Shown: positions 12,568 to 23,465 of the stretch, one piece after another
Layout of the letters: each line of letters opens with the position of its first letter
Position numbering within the stretch: the first letter of the stretch is position 1
Source: Macrostomum hystrix
Taxonomy: Eukaryota; Animalia; Platyhelminthes
Length of the DNA: 64,000 nucleotides
Direction of reading: 5' to 3'
Assembly (NCBI GenBank): GCA_950097015.1
Contig: CATNEN010000034.1
Coordinates: 3,968,001-4,032,000, forward strand
The notes under the pieces: generated by a model
The model's input: only the letters and a program-made list of their open reading frames with translations
Database searches by the model: none
What the model was told of the DNA's origin: nothing
Position numbers and translations under genes: made by a program

Positions 12568-13008
12568 ATGCCTACCAGAGTTCTAGCCGCGGCTGCTGCT
12601 CTGTGTCTGGCGCTGTTCTGCAGCCTGATGGCAGCTTTGCCAGCGCATGTGACGAAGATCGATCAAGATGGCAAAGTGGTCGGGATAGACTCTGCTGAGA
12701 GATCGGACAGCGGTAGTGAGTTAGTTTCTCTGTTTGTCTCGCTGAGAAGAGATAATTTACTGCTAAGAAATGGCCCTGTAAATTCTGTTTCAGAGTACGA
12801 CCTCCAGGTCGGCATGTCCGAGTCGGAGAGGCGCAAGAACTGCTCGATGTGCGCCGGCGGCAGCCTCGATCAAGTCCGACATCAGTCCGACACAGATCCA
12901 GACCAGAATAATCGCATAAAGCGCATAGTGAACTTGACGAGGCCGGCCAGGTACCACTGCGGCAAGTGTCCCACCTGCTACTGCTATTACCGGGCCTGGC
13001 GAGGCTAA
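12568..13008 (+). CDS. Secreted Cys-rich prepropeptide (120 aa if intron 12716-12793 is removed)
   Basis: Signal-peptide-like MPTRVLAAAAALCLALFCSLMAA; GTGAGT...TTTCAG 78-nt intron; dibasic RRK and KR sites; C-terminal IVNLTRPARYHCGKCPTCYCYYRAWRG*. Confidence 0.75.
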   Translation: MPTRVLAAAAALCLALFCSLMAALPAHVTKIDQDGKVVGIDSAERSDSGSELVSLFVSLRRDNLLLRNGPVNSVSEYDLQVGMSESERRKNCSMCAGGSLDQVRHQSDTDPDQNNRIKRIVNLTRPARYHCGKCPTCYCYYRAWRG

Positions 13009-13397
13009 CAAACAGGCTAGTGGAGTCGCGTTCTGAGCATGCAATGAAAAGTGAAGTAGACTGGCAAATCCGCTCGTTCAGATTTGTTTTAATCACGAAA
13101 ACTGTCAAACTTTAACAAAGACATTGGCTGGGAAAATACATGAGAGTGACCATGACTTTTGTCGACAGGTTTGACATCGCTGCGAAATAATCCAGCGATA
13201 ATAAAGAATCCCTTAAAATTGAAGTTGCTTTACTCGTGTTTTTTCAATTGCTCGCTTTAGGAATTGTCGTTGGAAACAATATATTCTAGCACGCCTCGCC
13301 ATCAATTTTTGACAGTAAAAGACCATAGGGTCATTTCAAATACACTCGTATTTATTTTCTCTGTATCTCCTAAAATATTCAACCAATCGCCATGGGA

Positions 13398-14619
13398 AGT
13401 TATCGAGGGAAAGCATGATATATCGAGGGAAAAGTATGATTTGTCGAGAGGGTACAATGCATTTTCGAGGAAGGAGCATGAATTATCGAGGGGAAGCATA
13501 AATTATCTAGGTAAAGCATGTGTAACACTCGAGGACTCGATTGCAGAAGTAAGGAAGACCAAGGCTGGACTTAATATTGAAGCGGCGATGGACTCTCGTG
13601 ATATTATTAAGATAACGGCCCCAACTCGAATATGGACTATTGTATTTATTTGACTGCCTAGCAAAATAGTATTAACAGTCTCTGATGATGCTGGCGATTC
13701 AGCAGCTCCACTTTTAGCACTATTACTACGCTGCGTCCAAAACCACTGGTCACGGGACAGCACGTGGCGCATGAGAACACATCAGCTTTTAAATACGGCG
13801 CGCAGATACATTAAATTTAGTATACGACAAACGGACTTTCAATGCTGCATAAATAATGAATAATATATGTACTGTTATAGATTTAATATAGATAAATAGG
13901 ATACATTACACATTAATATACTTCACTAGGAATACAACAATGCAACTCCCATAGAAACTAAAAATAAATAAATAAATAAATAACGACAAAATACGACTAT
14001 AAAATAAATGACATTGTCACACTTGGTTTATCGAGGGGTAGCATGATTGTGAATAATCTTCTATCGTGAACATTACTAAAAACGTTAGTACAGTTCGTAT
14101 ACGTTTGTTATTATTCTGTTTAAGGTTTTTTTTGGGTACAACGAACAGTTAATAGTAAGAGCTAATGATTAGCTACTGTCAAAGCAAATATTCTTTGCTT
14201 GAGTGCAGCAGCCATTTTTATTCAATACAAAACTGAGTAAAGAATTTTCGAGTATTTCTGCCTGCGTTTTTTAAAAAAAAATATAAGAAAATACTTTGAG
14301 CACAGCTACGCTCGTATTAGCGCAGTTCATTTAAAATTGTAACGTTTTTCGAGCATTCTTGCAAGCAATATTCAATAGGATTAAAAAATAAATGAAGACT
14401 GTTCGAGCATACGTAGTTATTAGCGTTATTTTATTTTCAAAACAAAAGAATATTGTTTCGAGCATTGTTGTAATCGTTATTAGATTCAAAACTATAGGAG
14501 ACAATATTTTAATCCCAGCTAATAGCATTACTGTCAAAAAAACTTAGCGTTTTTTTCGTGCCGGGAAGCAATCATTGTTTTTTCTGTATTTTGAAAGCAT
14601 AATAATTCGAATGACAGCA
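13398..14619 (+). repeat. Second copy of the satellite-bearing dispersed element, interrupted by a solo LTR
   Basis: 13398-13520 matches 8140-8235 and 14022-14619 matches 8236-8798. Confidence 0.85.
13521..14021 (+). mobile_element. Probable solo LTR (501 bp)
   Basis: TGTAAC...GTCACA termini, flanked by CATG/CTTG (4-bp TSD, one mismatch); removing it restores the sequence seen uninterrupted at ~8228-8245; AATAAA cluster near the 3' end. Confidence 0.7.
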
Positions 14620-14624
14620 TTAAA

Positions 14625-14838
14625 CTGTGTACAACAGTTTTCTAAATGTGTACAACAGTTTTCTAAATGTGTACAACAGTTTTCTAAATGTGTACAACAG
14701 TTTTCTAAATGTGTACAACAGTTTTCTAAATGTGTACAACAGTTTTCTAAATGTGTACAACAGTTTTCTAAATTAGTCTAACAGTTTTCTAAATGTGTAC
14801 AACAGTTTTCTAAATGAGTCTAACAGTTTTCTAAATGA
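14625..14838 (+). repeat. 21-bp minisatellite (AAATGTGTACAACAGTTTTCT), ~10 copies
   Basis: Direct reading. Confidence 0.95.
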
Positions 14839-15124
14839 GTCCAACAGTGCGGGGCATTGGTTGCCTGCCGTGGGGGTGAGAAAATTGAGTTTTCGGCTAA
14901 AAGAGGAATTTTTTCTTTGCTTAAGGGGCCATTAATTGCCTGCTAACGGGTTGTCATTAGTTATCTGCTACTAAAGGGGGTCATAGGTTGCCTGCTAAAA
15001 GTGTCATTAGTTCTTTGCTAAACGGATTTCATTTATTAGTTATTTCTAAAGGGAGACATTGGTTGCCTTCCTAGAGACACTCATTACCTGCTGAGGGACT
15101 TTGGTCGACATCCTTGCAAAGTGC

Positions 15125-16262
15125 TGGGGGGACATTAGTTCTCTGCTGCTGGGGGGACATTAGTTCTCTGCTGCTGGGGGGACATTAGTTCTCTGCTGCT
15201 GGGGGGACATTAGTTCTCTGCTGCTGGGGGGACATTAGTTCTCTGCTGTTTGGGGGGACATTAGTTCTCTGCTGTTTGGGGGGACATTAGTTCTCTGCTG
15301 CTGGGGGGACAGTAGTTCTCTGCTGCTGGGGGGACATTAGTTCTCTGCTGCTGGGGGGACAGTAGTTCTCTGCTGCTGGGGGGACATTAGTTCTCTGCTG
15401 CTGGGGGGACAGTAGTTCTCTGCTGCTGGGGGGACATTAGTTCTCTGCTGCTGGGGGGACAGTAGTTCTCTGCTGCTGGGGGGACATTAGTTCTCTGCTG
15501 CTGGGGGGACATTAGTTCTCTGCTGCTGGGGGGACATTAGTTCTCTGCTGCTTAGGGGACAGTAGTTTTCTGCTGCTGGGGGGGACATTAGTTCTCTGCT
15601 GCTGGGGGGACATTAGTTCTCTGCTGTTTGGGGGGACATTAGTTCTCTGCTGCTGGGGGGACATTAGTTCTCTGCTGTTTGGGGGGACATTAGTTCTCTG
15701 CTGCTGGGGGGACAGTAGTTCTCTGCTGCTGGGGGGACATTAGTTCTCTGCTGCTTAGGGGACATTAGTTCTCTGCTGCTTAGGGGACATAGTTCTCTGC
15801 TGCTGTGGGACATTGGTTCTCTGCTGTTTTGGGGGACATAAGTTCTCTGCTGCTGGGGGGGACAGTAGTTCTCTGCTGCTGGGGGGGACAATAGTTCTCT
15901 GCTGCTGGGGGGGACAGTAGTTCTCTGCTGCTTAGGGGACATTAGTTCTCTGCTGCTTAGGGGACATAGTTCTCTGCTGCTGTGGGACATTGGTTCTCTG
16001 CTGTTTTGGGGGACATAAGTTCTCTGCTGCTGGGGGGGACATAAGTTCTCTGCTGCTGGGGGGGACAATAGTTCTCTGCTGCTTAGGGGACATTGGTTCT
16101 CTGCTGCTGGGGGGGACAGTAGTTCTCTGCTGCTGGGGGGGACAATAGTTCTCTGCTGCTTAGGGGACATTGGTTCTCTGCTGCTGGGGGACATTAGTTC
16201 TCTGCTGCTGGGGGACATTGGTTCTCTGCTGTTTTGGGGGACATTTGTTCTCTGCTGCTGGG
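15125..16262 (+). repeat. ~25-bp minisatellite (GGGGGGACATTAGTTCTCTGCTGCT)
   Basis: Direct reading; G-run length varies. Confidence 0.96.
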
Positions 16263-17012
16263 GGGATAGTATTCGCATGTACCTTAGTAGCATTAAGCTG
16301 AGTAGTATCAAACGTAAGTTACTTGTGTAATTCTGCCCCAATAGGGCTATTGGTGTACAGACCGGATGTCTCAGAATGTATTCAAGCCCAGACTAACTTT
16401 TTTGTATTTAGTGAAGTGGGAATTCAAATTGTCGTGGAATCGCAATCACGTATATTCGCAATCAGGGAAATTCATACTGACGAAATGCGTTTTCGTTTTT
16501 GTTTACTTTCAGGTGTCTCTTGTCCTTCTGCATCACACAATATTTTTTGTCTGAACAGTAGTGCCCCACAAGGGGGGCATAGTGTGCTAGTATATTTGCA
16601 GGCATATATTAAGCATAGTCTGGCACACTGCCAACTACTATAAATGCAGTTTACCTGCGAGACAAACTCACAATTGAAAACCAGACACTGAAATACAGGA
16701 CCAGGAGAGAGAGAGAGGGGGGAGGGAGAGAAAGTGAAAGACCTATCACTTCTACATACAGGGTCTGCATACCACGTAGGGTTTGCGTCTGAATAATTAG
16801 TTACCTGCATGTCAAACATGCACAACGCACATGAAGGTTTTACTATGCGAACTGCAAGCAATGTACTTGTACTACTAGCAACTACACTGCACACTAGAGT
16901 GATTGACAGCTTCATACAAATGAGGGGGGCACTCTCACTAACGTATAATCAAACGCTCTTTTAAGAGTTATATATAAAAAACTAAACTGCAGACTCTACT
17001 TCCAGTAGAAGG

Positions 17013-18088
17013 AGGGGAGTAGGGAACGTGGCACTGGAGTAGGGAATGTGGCGCTGAAGGAGTAGGGAATGTGGCGCTGAAGGAGTAGGGAATGTGGCGC
17101 TGAAGGAGTAGGGAATGTGGCGCTGAAGGAGTAGGGAATGTGGCGCTGAAGGAGTAGGGAATGTGGCAGTGAAGGAGTAGAGAATGTGGCAGTGAAGGAG
17201 TAGGGAACGTGGCACTGAAGGAGTAGGGAATGTGGCACTGAAGGAGTAGGGAACGTGGCAGTGGAGTAGGGAATGTGGCGCTGAAGGAGTAGGGAATGTG
17301 GCGCTGAAGGAGTAGGGAATGTGGCGCTGAAGGAGTAGGGAATGTGGCGCTGAAGGAGTAGGGAATGTGGCACTGAAAGAGTAGGGAATGTGGCAGTGAA
17401 GGAGTAGGGAATGTGGCACTGAAGGAGTAGAGAATGTGGCAGTGAAGGAGTAGAGAATGTGGCAGTGAAGGAGTAGAGAATGTGGCAGTGAAGGAGTAGG
17501 GAACGTGGCACTGAAGGAGTAGGGAATGTGGCACTGAAGGAGTAGGGAATGTGGCACTGAAGGAGTAGGGAATGTGGCACTGAAGGAGTAGGGAATGTGG
17601 CACTGAAGGAGTAGGGAATGTGGCACTGAAGGAGTAGAGAATGTGGCAGTGAAGGAGTAGAGAATGTGGCAGTGAAGGAGTAGGGAATGTGGCACTGAAG
17701 GAGTAGGGAATGTGGCACTGAAGGAGTAGGGAATGTGGCACTGAAGGAGTAGGGAATGTGGCACTGAAGGAGTAGGGAATGTGGCACTGAAGGAGTAGGG
17801 AATGTGGCACTGAAGGAGTAGAGAATGTGGCAGTGAAGGAGTAGGGAATGTGGCACTGAAGGAGTAGGGAATGTGGCACTGAAGGAGTAGGGAATGTGGC
17901 ACTGAAGGAGTAGGGAATGTGGCACTGAAGTTGTAGGGAATGTGGCACTGAAGGAGTAGGGAATGTGGCACTGAAAGAGTAGGGAATGTGGCACTGAAGG
18001 AGTAGGGAATGTGGCACTGAAGGAGTAGGGAATGTGGCACTGAAGGAGTAGGGAATGTGGCACTGAAGGAGTAGGGAATGTGGCACTG
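17013..18088 (+). repeat. 23-bp minisatellite (GGAGTAGGGAATGTGGCACTGAA)
   Basis: Direct reading. Confidence 0.97.
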
Positions 18089-18469
18089 CATTATCGCCCT
18101 GTGTTACTGTTAGAAAATCAAAGAGAGAAGACGGTTTCAGTTTTAATTTGACCAACAGGTACAGAACAGGAAAGGAATGATCTTTCAAAATAAGGGCAGT
18201 TACATGAAATATCATAAACATTGTATATTAGCTATATCAAGAATACTTACTTTTCCAATGATATTGAAAGATTATTCTAAACTAAACAATTGACACAGCG
18301 GACAAACAATCAAAGCAATAACGATAGTAGCTACGAGAAACAATAAAATAGACACTTATTACATCCTTTTCATACTTTTACATACTTTTCTTAATCGAGA
18401 AAAATGGCTCACCGAATAAGTGTCAATTAAAACAAACCGAAAACCGATTCTCAGACTATTCTTAATGGT

Positions 18470-19842
18470 AACATTCTTAGAGGTCAGAGGCGATTCTAAG
18501 AGGTCAGAGGCGATTATAAGGAGTAAGAGGCGATTCTTAGAGGTCAGAGGCGATTCTAAGAGGTCAGAGGCGATTCTTAGAGGTCAGAGGCGATTCTAAG
18601 AGGTCAGAGGCGATTCTAAGAGGTCAGAGGCGATTCTAATAGGTCAGAGGCGATTCTAATAGGTCAGAGGCGATTCTAAGAGGTCAGAGGCGATTCTAAG
18701 AGGTCAGAGGCGATTCTAAGAGGTCAGAGGCGATTCAAAGAGGTCAGAGGCGATTCTAAGAGGTCAGAGGCGATTCAAAGAGGTCAGACGCGATTCTTAG
18801 AGGTCAGAGGCGATTCTAAGAGGTCAGAGGCGATTCTAATAGGTCAGAGGCGATTCTAATAGGTCAGAGGCGATTCTAAGAGGTCAGAGGCGATTCTAAG
18901 AGGTCAGAGGCGATTCTAAGAGGTCAGAGGCGATTCAAAGAGGTCAGACGCGATTCAAAGAGGTCAGAGGCGATTCAAAGAGGTCAGAGGCGATTCAAAG
19001 AGGTCAGAGGCGATTCTAATAGGTCAGAGGCGATTCTTAGAGGTCAGAGGCGATTCTAAGAGGTCAGAGGCGATTCTAAGAGGTCAGAGGCGATTCTAAT
19101 AGGTCAGAGGCGATTCTAATAGGTCAGAGGCGATTCTAAGAGGTCAGAGGCGATTCAATGAGGTCAGAGGCGATTCAAAGAGGTCAGAGGCGATTCTTAA
19201 AGGTCAGAGGCGATTCTAATAGGTCAGAGGCGATTCAAAGAGGTCAGAGGCGATTCTAATAGGTCAGAGGCGATTCTAATAGGTCAGAGGCGATTCAAAG
19301 AGGTCAGAGGCGATTCTAATAGGTCAGAGGCGATTCTAATAGGTCAGAGGCGATTCTAATAGGTCAGAGGCGATTCTTAGAGGTCAGAGGCGATTCAAAG
19401 AGGTCAGAGGCGATTCAAAGAGGTCAGAGGCGATTCAAAGAGGTCAGAGGCGATTCGAAGAGGTCAGAGGCGATTCAATGAGGTCAGAGGCGATTCTAAT
19501 AGGTCAGAGGCGATTCTTAGAGGTCAGAGGCGATTCAAAGAGGTCAGAGGCGATTCAAAGAGGTCAGAGGCGATTCAATGAGGTCAGAGGCGATTCAAAG
19601 AGGTCAGAGGCGATTGAAGGAGGTCAGAAGCGATACTAAGAGGTCAGAGGCGATTCAAAGATGTCAGAGGCGATTCAAACAGGTCAGAGGCGATTGAAGG
19701 AGGTCAGAAGCGATACTAAGAGGTCAGAGGCGATTCAAAGAGGTCAGAGGCGATTCTAATTGGTCAGAGGCGATTCAAAGAGGTCAGAGGCGATTCAAAG
19801 AGGTCAGAGGCGATTCAAAGAGGTCAGAGGCGATTCAAAGAG
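18470..19842 (+). repeat. 20-bp minisatellite (AGGTCAGAGGCGATTCTAAG)
   Basis: Direct reading. Confidence 0.97.
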
Positions 19843-20457
19843 ACTAAGCACAAATTTCGAAGACTACAGACGATTTTCAGGGGCGTTTTTCACTGGGCAG
19901 GGACTGAAACGCATGATACGAGCGTATTTTCACTCTGAGAATCAGTTGGCAATTGGTAATGTGCAACGATCGAGGCGAACGTGGTTTCCATTTTATAGAA
20001 ATGCGTGAGCCACAGAAAGATCCATCAAATTGGGGATTATTATGCACAATTGACTGTGTGGAGTGGAGTACATTTATTTGGATTTCATATAATTAGCAAT
20101 ACTGAATATTTTCAGGTGGAATAACAAAAGCTTTGCCCGTATAAATGCACAGTATATATTGTAGTTCTTTACTGACTTTAACAAATAAATAAACAAAGTG
20201 AAGCAAAAAAGACGAATCAAAAGCATAAAAATTAAACTGCTGAACTAACAACAAAAACATTTCCTGTAATAAAAATATCATAAAAAATCATTAATAAAGA
20301 TATTTTTCTGTAAGTTTGTTCGATTTTTTAAGAAACTGACCGGCTTTTGTATCTTTTTTGTGAGACATGTGCAATTATACAAACATACGTACTGCTCTAC
20401 ATACTACTTTTAAACATATAATGAAAGTAGCATAGTAGAAATACGCACTACTCAAAC

Positions 20458-22042
20458 CTATTTTTGTTTTGCATAACCAGTAGCGCTCGAAACTGGTCCG
20501 GGAACTGTTTCAACCTTAGCGGCTGTCAGCGCGCTATTCGAAGCCGCCTGATACTGCAGATGATATGCCAGCGGATGTACTTTAAAGCCGTATAGGCGCG
20601 GCACAAACTGATTGGCTGGTCGTTTGGGCCGGTATTCCGGATGAACTAAAAATAGCATATGGGGAAATCCCGTGCCAAAGTAGGCGCCGTCGATGTGACG
20701 ATAGCGCGACGCGTTCGGCATGTAGACATCGCGACACTTCGGACAGTAGAGCTTCACAGAGGCCTCGCCGGGTAGGTCAGAAAGGCCTGTGCAAACAATG
20801 GAAATGATTAACGATACGCTTGTACCAAACTTAGTCTTACTTGTATAAAGTTGCAAAAATTGCATCCTATGACGCTAATATTTGAAATATAAAAGGACTT
20901 TCATAGGTTTGAATCGTGGGGCGGGGTGAGTGGCAGAGAGTACGTGTTTGCCTCTCGCACCAAGGTCCCTGAGCTCGATTCCACGGCGAGGCCACATTCT
21001 TTTGGGACGCAGCCGCGGAGAGAAGGCTTGTAGGCCCTGTAAAAAATTCGGCTGCTTCTTCGGCGGTTTTTGTGCAAAATAGGAGTGGAATCTACCAAAA
21101 TCCCCCCTATCTCGCAAGAGTTAAAGAAACCACCCAGGAAGCAGCCGTAACCGTAAATTGTGCGGAAACCGCCGAAGAATCACCCGAACCAGTGGCCCAT
21201 GGGACAACCAGAGAATTATTTACGGGCGATTCCTCGGCGGTTTCTGAGCATGGAATCATCCGAACTGGAGGATTCTTTGGGTGATTCCATTTCGCCACCA
21301 AGAAGCACCGAGAAAACGCCCAGTTGGGTAGATTCTAAGCATGGAATCATCCGATTGGTATGTTTCCAGCGTTCGGCTGTTTCTTTTTCTCGAAACACCA
21401 CAGATTACAACTGGAATCGCCCAAAGAAACATCCCTATTTTTTAGCGGGGGCTTGTCGTGCAATTTACGCCCTTGAGGGGCCAACCTGTGGCTCCACACT
21501 ATCTGTGTGCGTGTGTACTCAGGAGTCCGCGAAATGAGCAGAACTGCCTTTTCGCTGGCTGCGGGTCGTGTCACCAAATGTCCCATTGCCCGCAGTCCTC
21601 CTGCAATTATTGTTTTATTATCAGGCTCTAAAATAGAAGAAAACCAAAACAATTGGATCTTACCAATCGGCATCACAGTCTGGCCCTCGCAGAATACGCG
21701 CGGACAGCTGGCAAAGTCGCCGCGCAGCCATTTTTCAATCATCTGGGCTATGCCACGGTTTGTTAGAATATACCTGGCGTGAATCAGGCCGTAGAGCAGT
21801 TCGGCTGATTGTTCCAGAGCATCCGAGCCGCCAGGCCGGTCGTCCATCATCAGCTCGGCGTCGTCGATGGCGGTGTCGGTGATGTGAGCCAGTGCGTCCC
21901 TATAATTTGGCACCTGTTCCGCTAAGCCGGTCAGGTTAAACCGGTCGTGAATGAATTCTTCGTCAATTTCGCAGAAATATTCGTTTCCACGCAGGCGGCA
22001 GTACCAGGCGGTCCATGTTGATTCGTCGCTGGAGCTGCCCAT
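20458..22042 (-). CDS. CSNK2B: Casein kinase II regulatory subunit beta (2 coding exons, 235 aa)
   Basis: Exons 22042-21664 and 20786-20458 with GTAAGA/CACAG junctions in phase; [18 protein letters not shown]...CPKC zinc ribbon, [23 protein letters not shown]. Confidence 0.96.
20923..21612 (+). mobile_element. SINE family A copy 2 in the CK2 beta intron; internally deleted and interrupted by a MITE
   Basis: Head GGGGTGAGTGGCAGAG...GAGCTCGATTCC to 21034; body resumes at 21450 and ends CTGCAATTATT. Confidence 0.88.
21035..21449. mobile_element. Non-autonomous DNA transposon (CMC/CACTA-like MITE, 415 bp)
   Basis: TIR CCCTGTAAAAAAT vs CCCGCTAAAAAAT (11/13), 2-bp GG TSD, repeated GGAATCRCCC-type motifs in both orientations; excision restores a SINE site of consensus length. 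Confidence 0.75.
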
Positions 22043-22184
22043 GATCTTAATAATCCTTTTTATAGTAAGTTGGCTGAAAAAAACAGGAAATGTATTATTT
22101 AATAACCAATAATTTACATATTTTTATACGCTTTTGCATAGCAGAAAAACCAACTTGTATTCTTGCAGACCAATAATTCTAAAC

Positions 22185-22710
22185 TAGGTTTCCATGGAGA
22201 ACAAAAACGGGTGTAAAATGCCTAGTTACCAAGACAAGTATAGGTTGGTTTCCATGGAGATGTGAAGTGTGTGTAAAAGGACTAGTTACCAAGACTAGTA
22301 GTATGGGTTGGTTTCCATGGAGATGTGAAGTGTGTGTAAAATGCCTAGTTACCAAGACTAGTAATATAGGTTGGTTTCCATGGAGATGTGAAGTGTGTGT
22401 AAAATGCCTAGTTACCAAGACTAGTAGTATAGGTTGGTTTCCATGGAGATGTGAAGTGTGTGTAAAATGCCTAGTTACCAAGACTAGTAGTATAGGTTGG
22501 TTACCATGGAGATGTAAAGTTTAATGTAAAAGGACTAGTTACCAAGACTAGTAGTATAGGTTGGTTTCCATGGAGATGTGAAGTGTGTGTAAAAGGACTA
22601 GTTACCAAGACTAGTAGTATAGGTTGGTTTCCATGGAGATGTGAAGTGTGTGTAAAAGGACTAGTTACCAAGACTAGTAGTATAGGTTGGTTACCATGGA
22701 GATCTAAAAC
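22185..22710 (+). repeat. 63-bp minisatellite, 9 copies, each carrying GTT(T/A)CCATGGAGA
   Basis: Direct reading; located 150-670 bp upstream of the CK2 beta ATG, probably in a 5'-UTR intron (donor ~23025, acceptor 22074). Confidence 0.95.
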
Positions 22711-23230
22711 GTATTTGTAAAAGTCCTTGTTTTCTAGACTTGTGTCGGTTTTCCTTAAAATAAAAGAAATAAATTCTAAAAAATGTCTCTTTGATTCATA
22801 AGTAAGTAAATAACGTTAGAAGAAAAAATACGAAAATAGTTAAGAGGCTTCAAATAAGACCACAAAAAGGACGCTGCATGGGGGACTTGTTTCTTGTCTG
22901 AATTCCGTCAAAAAAAAACAAAAAAGCCAAAACATTCATTAAATTTGTCGTCCAATATTCTTTACTCTCTTATTCGCACTGTCTCGCCACAGCGCCACTC
23001 AGTGGGCAGCACAGTTCGCTCATACCCGACTAATTTCAACTTGTACTAAGTATTGAAAAAAATAAAATTACTAAGACCGGAAAAACACGGTGCGTACACA
23101 AAGTTAATGGATTACAACTGAATAGTGCAATAAACATGAATTAGGTAATTATTCAATATCATTGGATGACGACTAGATGCCCCATTGCCGCTTTAATACT
23201 GTACTTGTGAAACCTGGTTGCACAAAGAGG

Positions 23231-23465
23231 TTGTAGCCTAGTGTAGCCTTGAAGGTCGGGGGTTCGATTCCATACTCCACTGGAACAATTCGGTGTCCTT
23301 TAGCAAGTCACTTGACTCTGCTTTGTTTCAATTCTCCCAGCTGTTAAACAGGTAACAGAAGCAACTGGGGTATGAAGGGTAAGGGCTGTGGCGTTCCCCC
23401 AGTCCATGGACAGTCTTAAGAGGCGCTGCCCAATAGAAATAACCGGCCTTCTGTTGTCATCCATG
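23231..23465 (+). mobile_element. SINE family B (CORE-like), copy 2
   Basis: GGTTCGATTCC at 23261-23271; GTGTCCTTTAGCAAGTCACTTGACTC...CAGCTGTTAAACAGG. Confidence 0.75.

Noticed and set aside
15664-18221. Long repeat ORFs of 225-417 aa
   Set aside because: They coincide with the 25-bp and 23-bp arrays and are open in several frames at once.
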